Positions 19,946 through 30,244 of a DNA stretch of 64,000 bases are shown piece by piece. Position numbers and translations under genes: made by a program. The notes under the pieces are model-generated. The model ran no database searches. It worked only from the letters and a program-made list of their open reading frames with translations, and was not told where the DNA came from. Positions within the stretch are counted from its first letter, which is position 1. Each line of letters opens with the position of its first letter. The DNA comes from Trueperaceae bacterium (GTDB taxonomy: Bacteria; Deinococcota; Deinococci; Deinococcales; Trueperaceae): assembly GCA_036381595.1 (NCBI GenBank), contig DASVCN010000024.1:50324-114323 (forward strand), written 5' to 3'.

Positions 19946-22540
19946 ATGGCGCAGCCCCGATCGGTCAAGCAGCGCGCGGCGGGACTTCTCCTGCTGCCCC
20001 TCCTCCTCTTCACTGCCGCGATCTCGCAACCGTTGCCGAGCCTCGAACTGGACTCGACGAGTTATGAGGTCGGCGACGAGGTGACCCTCGAAGCCAGCTC
20101 GTTGACCCCGGACGAGGAGTTCCAGCTGACCATCGTCGAGCCGGACGGAGAAGCCGTCGAGGAGACGCTCACAGCCGACTCGGAGGGACGCCTGGCCTAC
20201 ACCTTCCAGGTAAGAGAAGCGGGCGAGTGGAGCTTGCGACTCCAGGGCACCGACCTGAACGCCTCGATCAGCGTTGAAGTGGTTGGTGAGGGGACCGCTG
20301 AAGGCGAGGAGCGAGCCGATGCCCAGGAGAACCGGGTGGACGCGCAGGCCGAGGAGCGTCCCGGCGGCGATGAGGCACAGGCCGGAGGGCAGGCCGCCGG
20401 CCGCTCCACGGACGAGGCGTTGCGTTCGGACGCCGAAGCCGAAGCGCAAGCCGCTGGACAGGACGCCGGCGACGATGGGCGGTCCCAGCCGGGTGAACAG
20501 GTCGAACCCGAAGGGGAGGCGCAGGCCCCCGCAAGCGAACTTCAGGAAGAACTGAAGGTCGCGGTCGACGGCGACGCGGTCGTGGCAACGCGAGGAGACG
20601 AGCGAGTCTGGCGCTTCGACTTCCCCGATGGGAGCGGGGGCACCGGAGCCGTTCTCGAGGCGGGCCAAGGCGTCTGGGTCGGCCACGGCAACAGCCTCAT
20701 ACTTCTCGATCGGGAGACGGGAATAGCGCAGCTTCGCTACCCCATGCCCGGTCGCGTGATCCGGATCGAGCCGATCGGAGGCGCGATCTCGGTAGTGAGC
20801 GACGTGGGCGGCAGCCTCCGCCAGCGGATCGAGGTGGACGGCCAGGGACCGCGCTCGACCGTTCGCTTCGGCGTCGACCTCGATACCTTCGACTGGCTGA
20901 GGAACGAAGCGGACGTGCCCGACCCCGAAGCCCGGTTGCAGGTCGACCCCACCAATCCCTGGCTGCTCCTGCAGGTCGGGATCGAGACGGACGACAGGCA
21001 ACTCCTGCGCGAGGCCGTCGAGCGCGGCCGCACCTTCTACGACCTCGCCGGCCTGGCCCGCGAACTGTACGAGACCGGCGAGGTCGAACTGGCCAGTGAA
21101 GCCATGGACCGCGCACTCGAGGACTTCGCCGACCGAGGTTACGATCCTGAGCTGCTCACCGACGCCGACCTCCACTATGCCTACGACTTCCCGCTGGCGC
21201 CCATGGAGGAAGCGCTCGACAGCGGCGATCTCGAGGCCGCCAGGTTCTGGGCGCCCTGGCTCAACCTGGTCAGCAGCGAGAACGCGCCCCGGACGACATC
21301 CGCTCTGCAGGCGTACGCTCGGCAACTCGCCGCCGTGGGCCAACGGGACGCGGCCTCGCTCTGGCGCGAGCGGGCCACGCCCGCCGGGAGCGCCTCGCCG
21401 GCAGCCAGCCTCGACCGTTTCTTCCTGGGGCTCGCCCGCTCCGGTTGGTACGGAGTGGCAGCCCTCCTCGCCGCGATAGTGGCGCTTCACCTCACCCTCA
21501 CCGCGAAGTACTGGGCGCCCCAGTCGCTCGCGATCCGACGGTCGCGTGAAACCGCTGGGCGCAAGCGGCCCTGGACACGGCTGTTCGCCATCCGCTACTA
21601 CTCCTTCACCGAGAAGCTGGTGCTCGTGCTGCTCTTCGCCGCCTGCATCACACTGCTCGGGCTCACCCGCTGGTACGAGTCGGCCGGCGAGCGGCCGGTC
21701 GCCCTCGCTTCCGGCACCCTGGCGAGCCCGCTGGCACGCGAAGTGGTCAGCAGCAGTCCACTCGAGGGGCCGCGCGCCGACTTCATCGAGGGCTACGCTG
21801 CGCACGTCGTAGGCGAGGAAGCGAGCGCTCGCGAGAAGTACTCCTCGGCAGGCGACTACCCGCCCGCGCTGAACAACCTCGCTGCACTGAGCGGAAACGA
21901 CGCGCTCTATCAGCGGGCGCTCGAGTTGGCGCCGGGCATGCCCGAGGCGGCTTTCAACCTGGGCCGGGCGCCCGATCCCTCACCGTTCCATGCGAACTAC
22001 AGAGCCGACGAGCCACTCCTTGCGGTACCCGGTACGGCTGATTTCCGGACCGCGATATCGGGTAGCTGGCAGAGCGCGGTGGCCGCGACCTTCTCGAACC
22101 CCTGGCTCGCTCTGAGCGGGATGGAGTTCTTCTCGGTACCGCAACTCGTCTGGCAGTTGATCCTCGCACTCTTCCTCGTCTGGGTGCTCGTCACACTCGT
22201 GTGGCTCGTCATCCCGCGGCCGTCGCTGGCCCGCAACGCGCCGCGGACCGGCGTCTACCACCTTCTTGCCCTCCTGATCCCCGGCAGCGGACTGGCGGAC
22301 GAGGCCTGGGGCGTGCTGCTCATGGTGCCCTGGGCGCTGCTGGGCGTGGACGCGCTCGCTCAGTGGCTGGGTTGGCAGCGCTCGCTGGGGCTGCCGCTGG
22401 AGACCGAACTGTGGGCGCTCGCAGCCATCTATGTGGTCAACCTGATCGCCTTCGTAGTGGAGTACCTCTCCTACCGACGAAGGATGAGGGAGTTGCGGCG
22501 GCGCCACCCTGAGGCGGTAGAGGCGTACGGCCTCGCCTGA
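19946..22540 (+). CDS. large exported/membrane protein of unknown function (signal peptide, acidic low-complexity linker, TPR-like segment, C-terminal multi-TM domain)
   Basis: Start trimmed to ATG 19946 (MAQPRSVKQRAAGLLLLPLLLFTAAIS). About 100 aa E/D/A/Q-rich linker. YPPALNNLAALSGNDALYQRALELAPGMPEAAFNLG is TPR-like. At least 6 hydrophobic helices in the last 330 aa. Confidence 0.6.
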   Translation: MAQPRSVKQRAAGLLLLPLLLFTAAISQPLPSLELDSTSYEVGDEVTLEASSLTPDEEFQLTIVEPDGEAVEETLTADSEGRLAYTFQVREAGEWSLRLQGTDLNASISVEVVGEGTAEGEERADAQENRVDAQAEERPGGDEAQAGGQAAGRSTDEALRSDAEAEAQAAGQDAGDDGRSQPGEQVEPEGEAQAPASELQEELKVAVDGDAVVATRGDERVWRFDFPDGSGGTGAVLEAGQGVWVGHGNSLILLDRETGIAQLRYPMPGRVIRIEPIGGAISVVSDVGGSLRQRIEVDGQGPRSTVRFGVDLDTFDWLRNEADVPDPEARLQVDPTNPWLLLQVGIETDDRQLLREAVERGRTFYDLAGLARELYETGEVELASEAMDRALEDFADRGYDPELLTDADLHYAYDFPLAPMEEALDSGDLEAARFWAPWLNLVSSENAPRTTSALQAYARQLAAVGQRDAASLWRERATPAGSASPAASLDRFFLGLARSGWYGVAALLAAIVALHLTLTAKYWAPQSLAIRRSRETAGRKRPWTRLFAIRYYSFTEKLVLVLLFAACITLLGLTRWYESAGERPVALASGTLASPLAREVVSSSPLEGPRADFIEGYAAHVVGEEASAREKYSSAGDYPPALNNLAALSGNDALYQRALELAPGMPEAAFNLGRAPDPSPFHANYRADEPLLAVPGTADFRTAISGSWQSAVAATFSNPWLALSGMEFFSVPQLVWQLILALFLVWVLVTLVWLVIPRPSLARNAPRTGVYHLLALLIPGSGLADEAWGVLLMVPWALLGVDALAQWLGWQRSLGLPLETELWALAAIYVVNLIAFVVEYLSYRRRMRELRRRHPEAVEAYGLA

Positions 22541-22550
22541 GGAGAAGAGG

Positions 22551-23501
22551 TTGAGCAGCAACCAGCCGGGCGCAGCAGCGTCCGGCTATCTGTTGGTCAT
22601 CGTCGCCGCAGTTCTCTGGGGACTCATCGGCCTGATCTCGACGGGCATCCTGGCCGAGGGCGTCTCGGCGATCGAGGTGGCCTTCTGGCGGGCCCTCCTC
22701 GGCGGCGCCCTGTTCCTGGTCCATGCGGCCGTTACGGGAGACCTGGCACTGCGGCGGCGGACCGACGCCATGCCGATGGTCGCCTTCGCACTCGTGGGTG
22801 TCTCACTCTTCTACGCTTCGCTGGTCCTCGCCATCGATGAAGGCGGCATCAGCCTCGCCTTCATCCTCCTCTACACGGCGCCGCTCTTCGTCATCTTCGG
22901 CGCCTGGCTCCTGCTTGGTGAAGCCCTGACGGCCCGCAAGCTCGTCCTCGCCCCGCTGGCGGTCCTCGGCATCGCCCTGGTCTCGTGGGGCGGCGGGACG
23001 GGGATAACAATCAGCGCGGCCTCGATCGTATGGGGCCTGGTATCGGGCCTCAGCTACGCCTCCTACTACATCTTCGGCAAGCTCTACCTGAACCGCTACC
23101 GCCCCGCCACGATCTACGCCTGGGTGATGCCGCTCGGCGCGGTCTTCCTCCTCCCGCTGGTGGAGTTCGCCCCCAAGAGCGCGAGCGCCTGGCTGCTCCT
23201 CGGCCTCCTTGCCCTCCTCTCCACCTACGTCGCCTACCTCGTCTACTACACCGGCCTTGCCCGGGTGGAGGCATCGAAGGCGGTCCTCGTGGCAACGATC
23301 GAACCGGTCGTGGCAGTAGTACTGGCCGCGCTGTTCCTCGGCGAACGTTTCGGTCCGTTGGGCTTCGCCGGCGCTTCGATGATCCTCGCGACGGCCGTGC
23401 TGGCCGCCCTCCCTTCGCTACGGCGGTCCCGGACAGAGAGGAGCCGGCCGGCGGACGACGGCTCGGACAGCCACGGCCTTGACCCCTCCGGGCGCCCATG
23501 A
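22551..23501 (+). CDS. EamA/DMT-family transporter
   Basis: 10 predicted TM helices in two EamA-like halves. TTG start after GAGGAG. Confidence 0.75.
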   Translation: MSSNQPGAAASGYLLVIVAAVLWGLIGLISTGILAEGVSAIEVAFWRALLGGALFLVHAAVTGDLALRRRTDAMPMVAFALVGVSLFYASLVLAIDEGGISLAFILLYTAPLFVIFGAWLLLGEALTARKLVLAPLAVLGIALVSWGGGTGITISAASIVWGLVSGLSYASYYIFGKLYLNRYRPATIYAWVMPLGAVFLLPLVEFAPKSASAWLLLGLLALLSTYVAYLVYYTGLARVEASKAVLVATIEPVVAVVLAALFLGERFGPLGFAGASMILATAVLAALPSLRRSRTERSRPADDGSDSHGLDPSGRP

Positions 23502-23527
23502 TAGATTTGCGTCGTTTTCGCGGTCGA

Positions 23528-23541
23528 TGAAAGAAATTTCA
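23528..23541. promoter_or_regulatory. ARG-box-like palindrome TGAAAGAAATTTCA
   Basis: Inverted repeat TGAAA-4 nt-TTTCA, compared with the classical ArgR half-site pair TGAAT-4 nt-ATTCA. It lies in the AT-rich island 150 nt upstream of argG. Confidence 0.3.
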
Positions 23542-23557
23542 GAAGCCGCCTCCCAAT

Positions 23558-23602
23558 ATGCATAATCGGACAGCAACCCAGACCCGCGCCCGACGCCGTT
23601 AA
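23558..23602 (+). CDS. candidate arginine-rich leader peptide [14 protein letters not shown]
   Basis: ATG CAT AAT CGG ACA GCA ACC CAG ACC CGC GCC CGA CGC CGT TAA. 5 of 14 codons are Arg, including the last three. It lies in an AT-rich island upstream of argG and inside the 5' arm of a terminator-like helix. No clear SD. Confidence 0.35.
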   Translation: MHNRTATQTRARRR

Positions 23603-23668
23603 CCGCTCGCACGAGCGGCAGGTTCCCGTCGTCGCCCTGGCCGGCGAAGTCTGGGTCTTTTTCGTTTC
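23576..23668 (+). terminator. terminator-like long helix plus U-tract in the argG leader (possible attenuator)
   Basis: ACCCAGAC (23576-83) pairs perfectly with GTCTGGGT (23649-56). Inner pairings are CGCC/GGCG and CGACG/CGTCG, plus hairpin CCGCTC-GCAC-GAGCGG. It is followed by CTTTTTCGTTTCC, then GGAGGA and the argG ATG. Confidence 0.45.
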
Positions 23669-23679
23669 CGGAGGACAAG

Positions 23680-24908
<1,229 letters not shown>

Positions 24909-24912
<4 letters not shown>

Positions 24913-25394
24913 ACGGCTCCCCGGCCACCCCCCACGTTGCCGGCGGCAGGGCGAAGGGCGGCGCCAAGCTCCGCTGGGCGACGATGGACGACGGCGCACG
25001 ACTGGGCGCGCTCTTCCGCACTTCTCGACCCGAGGAACCGGAGACCGAGGCCGGGGTTCGCGAGTGGCTCGAGAGCGGCGGTGCCGCGCTGCTCGAGGAA
25101 GAGGGAGGCAGGGTCCTCTGCGCCGTGCGCTGGCGCGAGAACGGCAACGGCTGGCTGCTCGACCGGGTCTGCACCTTGCCCGAGGCGCGCAGCCTTGGCT
25201 TCGGTCGCTGGCTCATGACCAAGGTCGAAGCGCTGGCGATCCGCTACAACATCCCCGAACTGACCGTGGAACTGCCCGATGACCAGATGGCCGGCTACTA
25301 CCGGCGGCTCGGCTACCGGGTTGAGGAGGCGGCCACCGGCAATCTCGCCCGCAAGCGCGTCGGCGGCACCTGGCAGCTGAAGGACCTCGCGTGA
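24909..25394 (+). CDS. GNAT-family N-acetyltransferase
   Basis: Acetyl-CoA motif [14 protein letters not shown]..., RRLGYRV. GTGA overlaps at both ends (argG stop and argH start). An alternative start is ATG 24984. Confidence 0.65.
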
Positions 25395-26809
25395 AAGGGG
25401 CCGGGGATGAGCAGAAACGCATGTGGGGCGGCCGCTTCGAAGAGGCGACCGACGAGCTGGTGCAGCGCTTCAACGCCTCGGTCGATGTCGACCGCGAACT
25501 GGCGCTCGAGGACATCGAGGGCTCGGTAGCTCACGCCACCATGATGGCCGAGCAGGGGATCGTCAGCGAGGCCGAGGCTCGGCAGTTGATCGCCGGCCTG
25601 CGAACAGTGAAGGCAGAGATCGAGGCGGGCGGGTTCGACTGGCGAAGCGAGCTCGAAGACGTTCACATGAACATCGAACGGGCGCTCACCGAGCGGGTAG
25701 GACCGGTCGGAGGCAAGCTCCATACGGCCCGCAGCCGCAACGACCAGGTGGCGACCGACTTCCGGCTCTGGCTCAAGCGCCGCAATCTCGAACTGCAGCG
25801 CCTCCTCACCGATCTGCGTGAGGTCCTGACGGACCTGGCCGAGGAGTACGTGGATGTCATCATGCCTGGCTACACGCACCTCCAGGTAGCTCAACCGATC
25901 CGCTTCTCGCACCACCTTCTCGCCTACTTCGAGATGTTCGGGCGCGACCGTGAACGGCTCGCCGACGGCCTCCGCCGCATCGACGTCTCACCGCTCGGAG
26001 CCGGCGCCCTGGCCGGCACCGGCTTTCCCATCGACCGCCAGCGCACCGCGAGCCTGCTGGGCCTCGCCGGCGTCGCTCCGAACTCGCTCGACGCCGTTTC
26101 GGACCGCGACTTCGCCCTCGAGTTCCTTTCGGCGGCAGCGATCGCCATGATGCATCTCTCGCGCCTGAGCGAGGAGCTGATCATCTGGTCGAGCCAGGAG
26201 TTCGGCTTCGTCACCCTGCCCGACTCGCACACCACCGGCTCGTCGATCATGCCGCAGAAGAAGAACCCCGACGTCAGCGAGCTGATCCGCGGCAAGACCG
26301 GGCGGGTGTACGGCTCGCTGTTGGGGCTGCTCACCACCATGAAAGGGCTGCCGCTCGCCTACAACAAGGACATGCAGGAGGACAAGGAAGGCGTCCTGGA
26401 CGCCGTCCTCACCCTCCGAACCTGCCTCCGGCTCAGCGTGACGATGCTGCCCCGGATGAAGGTGAACGCCCAGCGGATGCGCCAGGCGGCCGGCGCCGGG
26501 TTCTCCAACGCCACCGACCTGGCCGACTACCTGGCCCGAAAGGGCCTGCCGTTCAGGGAGGCGCACGAGGTCGTGGGCCGGCTCGTGGCCCGGGCGCTCG
26601 AGCAGGGCACGACGCTCGAAGAGCTGCCGCTCGAAACGATGAAGGGGGCGAGTCAGGCGATCGATGAGGACGTCTACGAGGCGCTCGAGCTGGAGCGGGT
26701 CGTGGACGCCAGGAACAGCTACGGCGGCACCGCTCGCGAACGCGTTGTGGAGCAGATCGCACGCGCCAGGTCGGAACTGGCGAAGGAACGGGCAGAGGTT
26801 TCGCCATGA
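25391..26809 (+). CDS. argH: argininosuccinate lyase
   Basis: MWGGRFEE..., signature GSSIMPQKKNPDV. A start at GTG 25391 or ATG 25421 is possible. Confidence 0.95.
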   Translation: MKGAGDEQKRMWGGRFEEATDELVQRFNASVDVDRELALEDIEGSVAHATMMAEQGIVSEAEARQLIAGLRTVKAEIEAGGFDWRSELEDVHMNIERALTERVGPVGGKLHTARSRNDQVATDFRLWLKRRNLELQRLLTDLREVLTDLAEEYVDVIMPGYTHLQVAQPIRFSHHLLAYFEMFGRDRERLADGLRRIDVSPLGAGALAGTGFPIDRQRTASLLGLAGVAPNSLDAVSDRDFALEFLSAAAIAMMHLSRLSEELIIWSSQEFGFVTLPDSHTTGSSIMPQKKNPDVSELIRGKTGRVYGSLLGLLTTMKGLPLAYNKDMQEDKEGVLDAVLTLRTCLRLSVTMLPRMKVNAQRMRQAAGAGFSNATDLADYLARKGLPFREAHEVVGRLVARALEQGTTLEELPLETMKGASQAIDEDVYEALELERVVDARNSYGGTARERVVEQIARARSELAKERAEVSP

Positions 26810-27387
26810 TAGACGAACTCGTGAGGAGCGATACGGGTGCCGTTGCCGCGAGCCTGCGGGTACGGCCGGCGAGGGCAGAGGACGTGCCCGACATCTTCGA
26901 CAACATCGGCAACTGGGCGCGGGAGGGGCGGATGCTCGTCCGACCCATGCAGAACATCTTCGAGAACCTCCGCGACTTCTTCGTCTGCGAAGAGGTGACG
27001 GCGGAGGGGCCCAGGTTCGCCGGCAACGCCGCGCTCCATATCCTCTGGGGCGACATCGCCGAAGTCCGAGGGTTGGCGGTGGCCAAGGGCGCCCAGGCGC
27101 GCGGCGTGGGTCGAGCGCTGGTGGCAGCCTGCGAAGAGGAGGCGCGACGGGTGGGTATACCGGTGATGTTCGCCTGGACCTACGAGGTGGCCTTCTTCGA
27201 GAAGTGCGGCTTCAGATTGATAGACAAGACCAGGGAGCTCCATCCGCGGGTCTGGTCGGAGTGCCTCCGCTGCCCCTTCTTCGTAGGTTGCAACGAGAAC
27301 GGCGTGGTCAAGCGGCTCGAGGGAGTGCCGGTGCCACGCAATCTGCCGGAGCCACCCCCGGCCCAGGTGCCGCCGGGGATCCGTTGA
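26806..27387 (+). CDS. GNAT acetyltransferase, short-form N-acetylglutamate synthase-like
   Basis: VRPARAEDVPDI..., RGLAVAKGAQARGVGRALV, FFEKCGF, plus a C-terminal Cys cluster ECLRCPFFVGC. ATGA overlap with the argH stop. Confidence 0.6.
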   Translation: MIDELVRSDTGAVAASLRVRPARAEDVPDIFDNIGNWAREGRMLVRPMQNIFENLRDFFVCEEVTAEGPRFAGNAALHILWGDIAEVRGLAVAKGAQARGVGRALVAACEEEARRVGIPVMFAWTYEVAFFEKCGFRLIDKTRELHPRVWSECLRCPFFVGCNENGVVKRLEGVPVPRNLPEPPPAQVPPGIR

Positions 27388-27438
27388 GCACGACCTCCTG
27401 TCGCCGGTTGCCGCCGTTCGTCCCGAGGAGACGCACGA

Positions 27439-27444
27439 TAGAGT
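27439..27444 (+). promoter_or_regulatory. -10 box TAGAGT, 6 nt before ansA ATG 27451 (leaderless geometry)
   Basis: cgaTAGAGTagcgccATG. Confidence 0.45.
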
Positions 27445-27450
27445 AGCGCC

Positions 27451-28500
27451 ATGCCCTCAGGCAGCTCGGCCAGACCGCTCTCCGACAAGCGCGTCTACAT
27501 CGCCTACACGGGCGGCACGATCGGCATGCGACGGGGCGAGCGCGGTTACGAGCCGGCGCCCGGCTACCTCGCAGCACGTCTGGAGGGGATGCCGGAACTC
27601 TCCCACCCGGACTTGCCGCGCTACGTCCTGCACGAATACTCCCCCCTGCTCGACTCCTCGGATCTGGGTCCAGCGGAATGGGAGGAGATCGCGCGCGACA
27701 TCGCCGCGAACTACGACCAGTTCGACGGCTTCGTCGTGCTGCACGGCACCGACACGATGGCATACAGCGCCTCGGCCCTCTCCTTCATGCTCGAGGGGCT
27801 GGCCAAGCCGGTGCTGCTCACCGGCTCCCAGGTCCCCATCGCCGAGGTTCGCAGCGATGCCCGGGAGAACCTGATCACCTCGATGATGCTGGCGGCCGGG
27901 GGCAGGCTCAGCGAGGTCTGCCTGTTCATGAACGGCCGACTGCTCCGCGGCAACCGCGCCACGAAGATCTCCGTGGGTGGTTTCGACGCCTTCGAATCTC
28001 CCAACCTACCGCTGCTCGGGGAGGTGGGGGTGGGCATCGAGTTGCGCGAGGAGCTGCTGCTGCCGCCCGGCGAGCGTTTGCAGGTCCGGCCTCTGGCCGG
28101 AGCCGAGGTCGCCGCCGTCCGCCTCTTCCCCGGCATCTCTGCCCCCCTTCTCGAGCGGATCCTCGACGGTGAACTGCGCGGCGTGGTGCTGGAGACGTTC
28201 GGCGCGGGCAACGCTCCGTCGCGTGACGCCCGGCTCCTCTCGGCCCTGCGTCGCGCGAGCGACCGTGGAGTGGTGCTGGTCAACTGCACGCAGTGCCTGC
28301 GCGGCTCGGTAAACATGAGCGGTTACGCGACCGGGCGGGCATTGAGTCTGGCCGGAGTCGTGAGCGGCGGCGACATGACGGTCGAGGCGGCCCTGGCCAA
28401 ACTGAGTCACCTGCTGTCACTCGACCTGCCCGTCGAACGGGTCCGGGAGCTGATGCCGTCGAGTCTGCGCGGCGAGGTGTCGGAGGTCCAGCTCGACTGA
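27451..28500 (+). CDS. ansA: L-asparaginase, type I (cytoplasmic)
   Basis: YTGGTIGM threonine motif and HGTDTMAYSASALSF. Confidence 0.88.
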   Translation: MPSGSSARPLSDKRVYIAYTGGTIGMRRGERGYEPAPGYLAARLEGMPELSHPDLPRYVLHEYSPLLDSSDLGPAEWEEIARDIAANYDQFDGFVVLHGTDTMAYSASALSFMLEGLAKPVLLTGSQVPIAEVRSDARENLITSMMLAAGGRLSEVCLFMNGRLLRGNRATKISVGGFDAFESPNLPLLGEVGVGIELREELLLPPGERLQVRPLAGAEVAAVRLFPGISAPLLERILDGELRGVVLETFGAGNAPSRDARLLSALRRASDRGVVLVNCTQCLRGSVNMSGYATGRALSLAGVVSGGDMTVEAALAKLSHLLSLDLPVERVRELMPSSLRGEVSEVQLD

Positions 28501-28619
28501 ACCCTCCCCGCCGAACCGGAAGGGCGATGACAGCAGCACTTTGGCCCGGTCCGAGCGGGGGCTATGCTGGGCGCCATGTCAGACGCCTGCAAGCGCTCAC
28601 GAACGCTCGAGGGGCCCGG

Positions 28620-29042
28620 ATGAACGAACTGCCGGAAGCGGTCCGCGGCCTCCCCCTCGACCATGTGGCCATAGCGGTCGAAGACCTGGATTCCGGAGCG
28701 GCCCCCTATGTGCAGCTGGGTCTCGAAGTCGTCTCCGAGGAGGCTCTGCCGGAGCAGGGGGTGCGGCTGCGGATGCTGCAGGCAGGCAGCAGTCGGCTGG
28801 AGCTTATCGAGCCGCTCGATGCCCATTCGCCTCTGGCCTCCTTCCTCAGCAAGCGCGGTCAGGGTTTGCACCACCTGGCACTGCGGGTCGAAGACATCGA
28901 CGAGAAGGTCTCGAGGCTGAGGAGCAGTGGCGCGCTCTTCACCACGGACGAACCACGGGCCGGGCACGGCGGCAGCCGGGTTATCTTCCTGCACCCGAGC
29001 TGGACCGGCGGTGTACTGCTCGAACTGGTAGAGCATGGATAG
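28620..29042 (+). CDS. mce: methylmalonyl-CoA epimerase (VOC/glyoxalase fold)
   Basis: LDHVAIAV, LELIEPL, GLHHLALRV, IFLHP, LELVE. Start trimmed to ATG 28620, after GAGGGG. Confidence 0.75.
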   Translation: MNELPEAVRGLPLDHVAIAVEDLDSGAAPYVQLGLEVVSEEALPEQGVRLRMLQAGSSRLELIEPLDAHSPLASFLSKRGQGLHHLALRVEDIDEKVSRLRSSGALFTTDEPRAGHGGSRVIFLHPSWTGGVLLELVEHG

Positions 29043-29400
29043 GATCTTCGCCCGCCGCTCGCTCCTCTGGCGCCTGGCGCCGCTCGCCTGGATGGCGCTG
29101 GTGTTCATCCTCTCCAACCAGCCCGACATCGCCGAACCGTTCGAGATTCCCGACTGGCTGCCGGCCGACAAGCTCGTGCATGCGGGCCTGTACGCCGTGC
29201 TCGCCGCCCTGCTCTACCTCGCGGGCCTAGGTCCCGTCGCATCGGTGGTGGTCACCGCCCTCTACGGCGTTACGGACGAGATCCACCAGATGTTCGTACC
29301 CGGTCGGAACCCTGAACTGCTCGACCTGCTCGCCGACCTGGTCGGGGCCGTGGCAGGGGTGTGGTTGGTACAGAGGTGGAGCGGCGAGGGGGAACGCTAG
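29035..29400 (+). CDS. VanZ-family membrane protein
   Basis: 121 aa, 4 TM, DKLVHAGLY and GVTDEIHQMFVPGR motif. Confidence 0.75.
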   Translation: MDRIFARRSLLWRLAPLAWMALVFILSNQPDIAEPFEIPDWLPADKLVHAGLYAVLAALLYLAGLGPVASVVVTALYGVTDEIHQMFVPGRNPELLDLLADLVGAVAGVWLVQRWSGEGER

Positions 29401-29403
29401 GGC

Positions 29404-29409
29404 TAGAAT
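29404..29409 (+). promoter_or_regulatory. -10 box TAGAAT upstream of proC
   Basis: ggcTAGAATgagacg, 50 nt before ATG 29459. Confidence 0.35.
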
Positions 29410-29458
29410 GAGACGTGGCTCACCAGACGGCTCACCGAGTGAACACCGAGGCGGCCAG

Positions 29459-30244
29459 ATGAGGCTTGCCCTGGTCGGCGCGGGCAAGATGGGCTCTGCC
29501 GTTCTCACCGGAGCGTTGCGCGCCGGAGTGTTGAGCGCCGACGAGGTGGGCATCTACCATCCCGACCAGGCTCGCCGAAAGGAACTGAGCGACCGGTACG
29601 GTGTCGACTGCCTCGATGACGACGGCGTGCACCGTGCCGAGCGGGTGTTGATAGCGGTGAAGCCGCAGTCGTTCCCAGAGGTCGCCCCGCTCATCGCCAG
29701 GCGAACCGCCTCCTACATCAGTCTGATGGCGGGCGTTCCCGCTGAAACCGTGGCCCGGCGCGTGGGCAGCCGCCGGGTGGTCCGCACAATGCCCAATCTG
29801 GGCGCCCGGGTGGGTCTCAGCTCCACCGCTCTCGCCTACCTGAGCGAAGCCGATGAAGCCGACGTCGAGTTCGCGGAGAAGCTCTTCTCTGCCGTTGGAA
29901 CGGTCCATCACCTGCCGGAGCGCCTGTTCGACGCGTTCACCGGACTCGCCGGCTCCGGCCCGGCCTTCGCAGCGGTCGTCGCCGAAGCGCTGGCCGACGG
30001 TGGAGTGCGCGTGGGCTTCCCCCGCAGCGTGGCTCGCGTTCTCACCCGCGAGGTACTGCTGGCAACCGCCCACCTACTCGGCGAGCAGGAGCCTTCCCGC
30101 CTCAAGGATGAGGTTTCTTCGGCAGGCGGCACGGCGATCGCCGGCGTTCGTGCCCTCGAACTCCATGGTCTCCGCTTCGCCCTGATGGAGGCCGTGGAAC
30201 AGGCGGCCAAGCGCGCGAGTGAACTACGCGACGAGGAGAAATGA
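29459..30244 (+). CDS. proC: pyrroline-5-carboxylate reductase
   Basis: MRLALVGAGKMGSA Rossmann start, GSGPAF, SSAGGTAIAG. Start trimmed to ATG 29459. Confidence 0.88.
   Translation: MRLALVGAGKMGSAVLTGALRAGVLSADEVGIYHPDQARRKELSDRYGVDCLDDDGVHRAERVLIAVKPQSFPEVAPLIARRTASYISLMAGVPAETVARRVGSRRVVRTMPNLGARVGLSSTALAYLSEADEADVEFAEKLFSAVGTVHHLPERLFDAFTGLAGSGPAFAAVVAEALADGGVRVGFPRSVARVLTREVLLATAHLLGEQEPSRLKDEVSSAGGTAIAGVRALELHGLRFALMEAVEQAAKRASELRDEEK

Noticed and set aside
28576-28623. 15-codon uORF (MSDACKRSRTLEGPG) starting 8 nt after TATGCT and overlapping the mce ATG as ATGA.
   Set aside because: It shows no codon enrichment, no associated RNA structure and no SD. It is compatible with chance in a 119-nt spacer.
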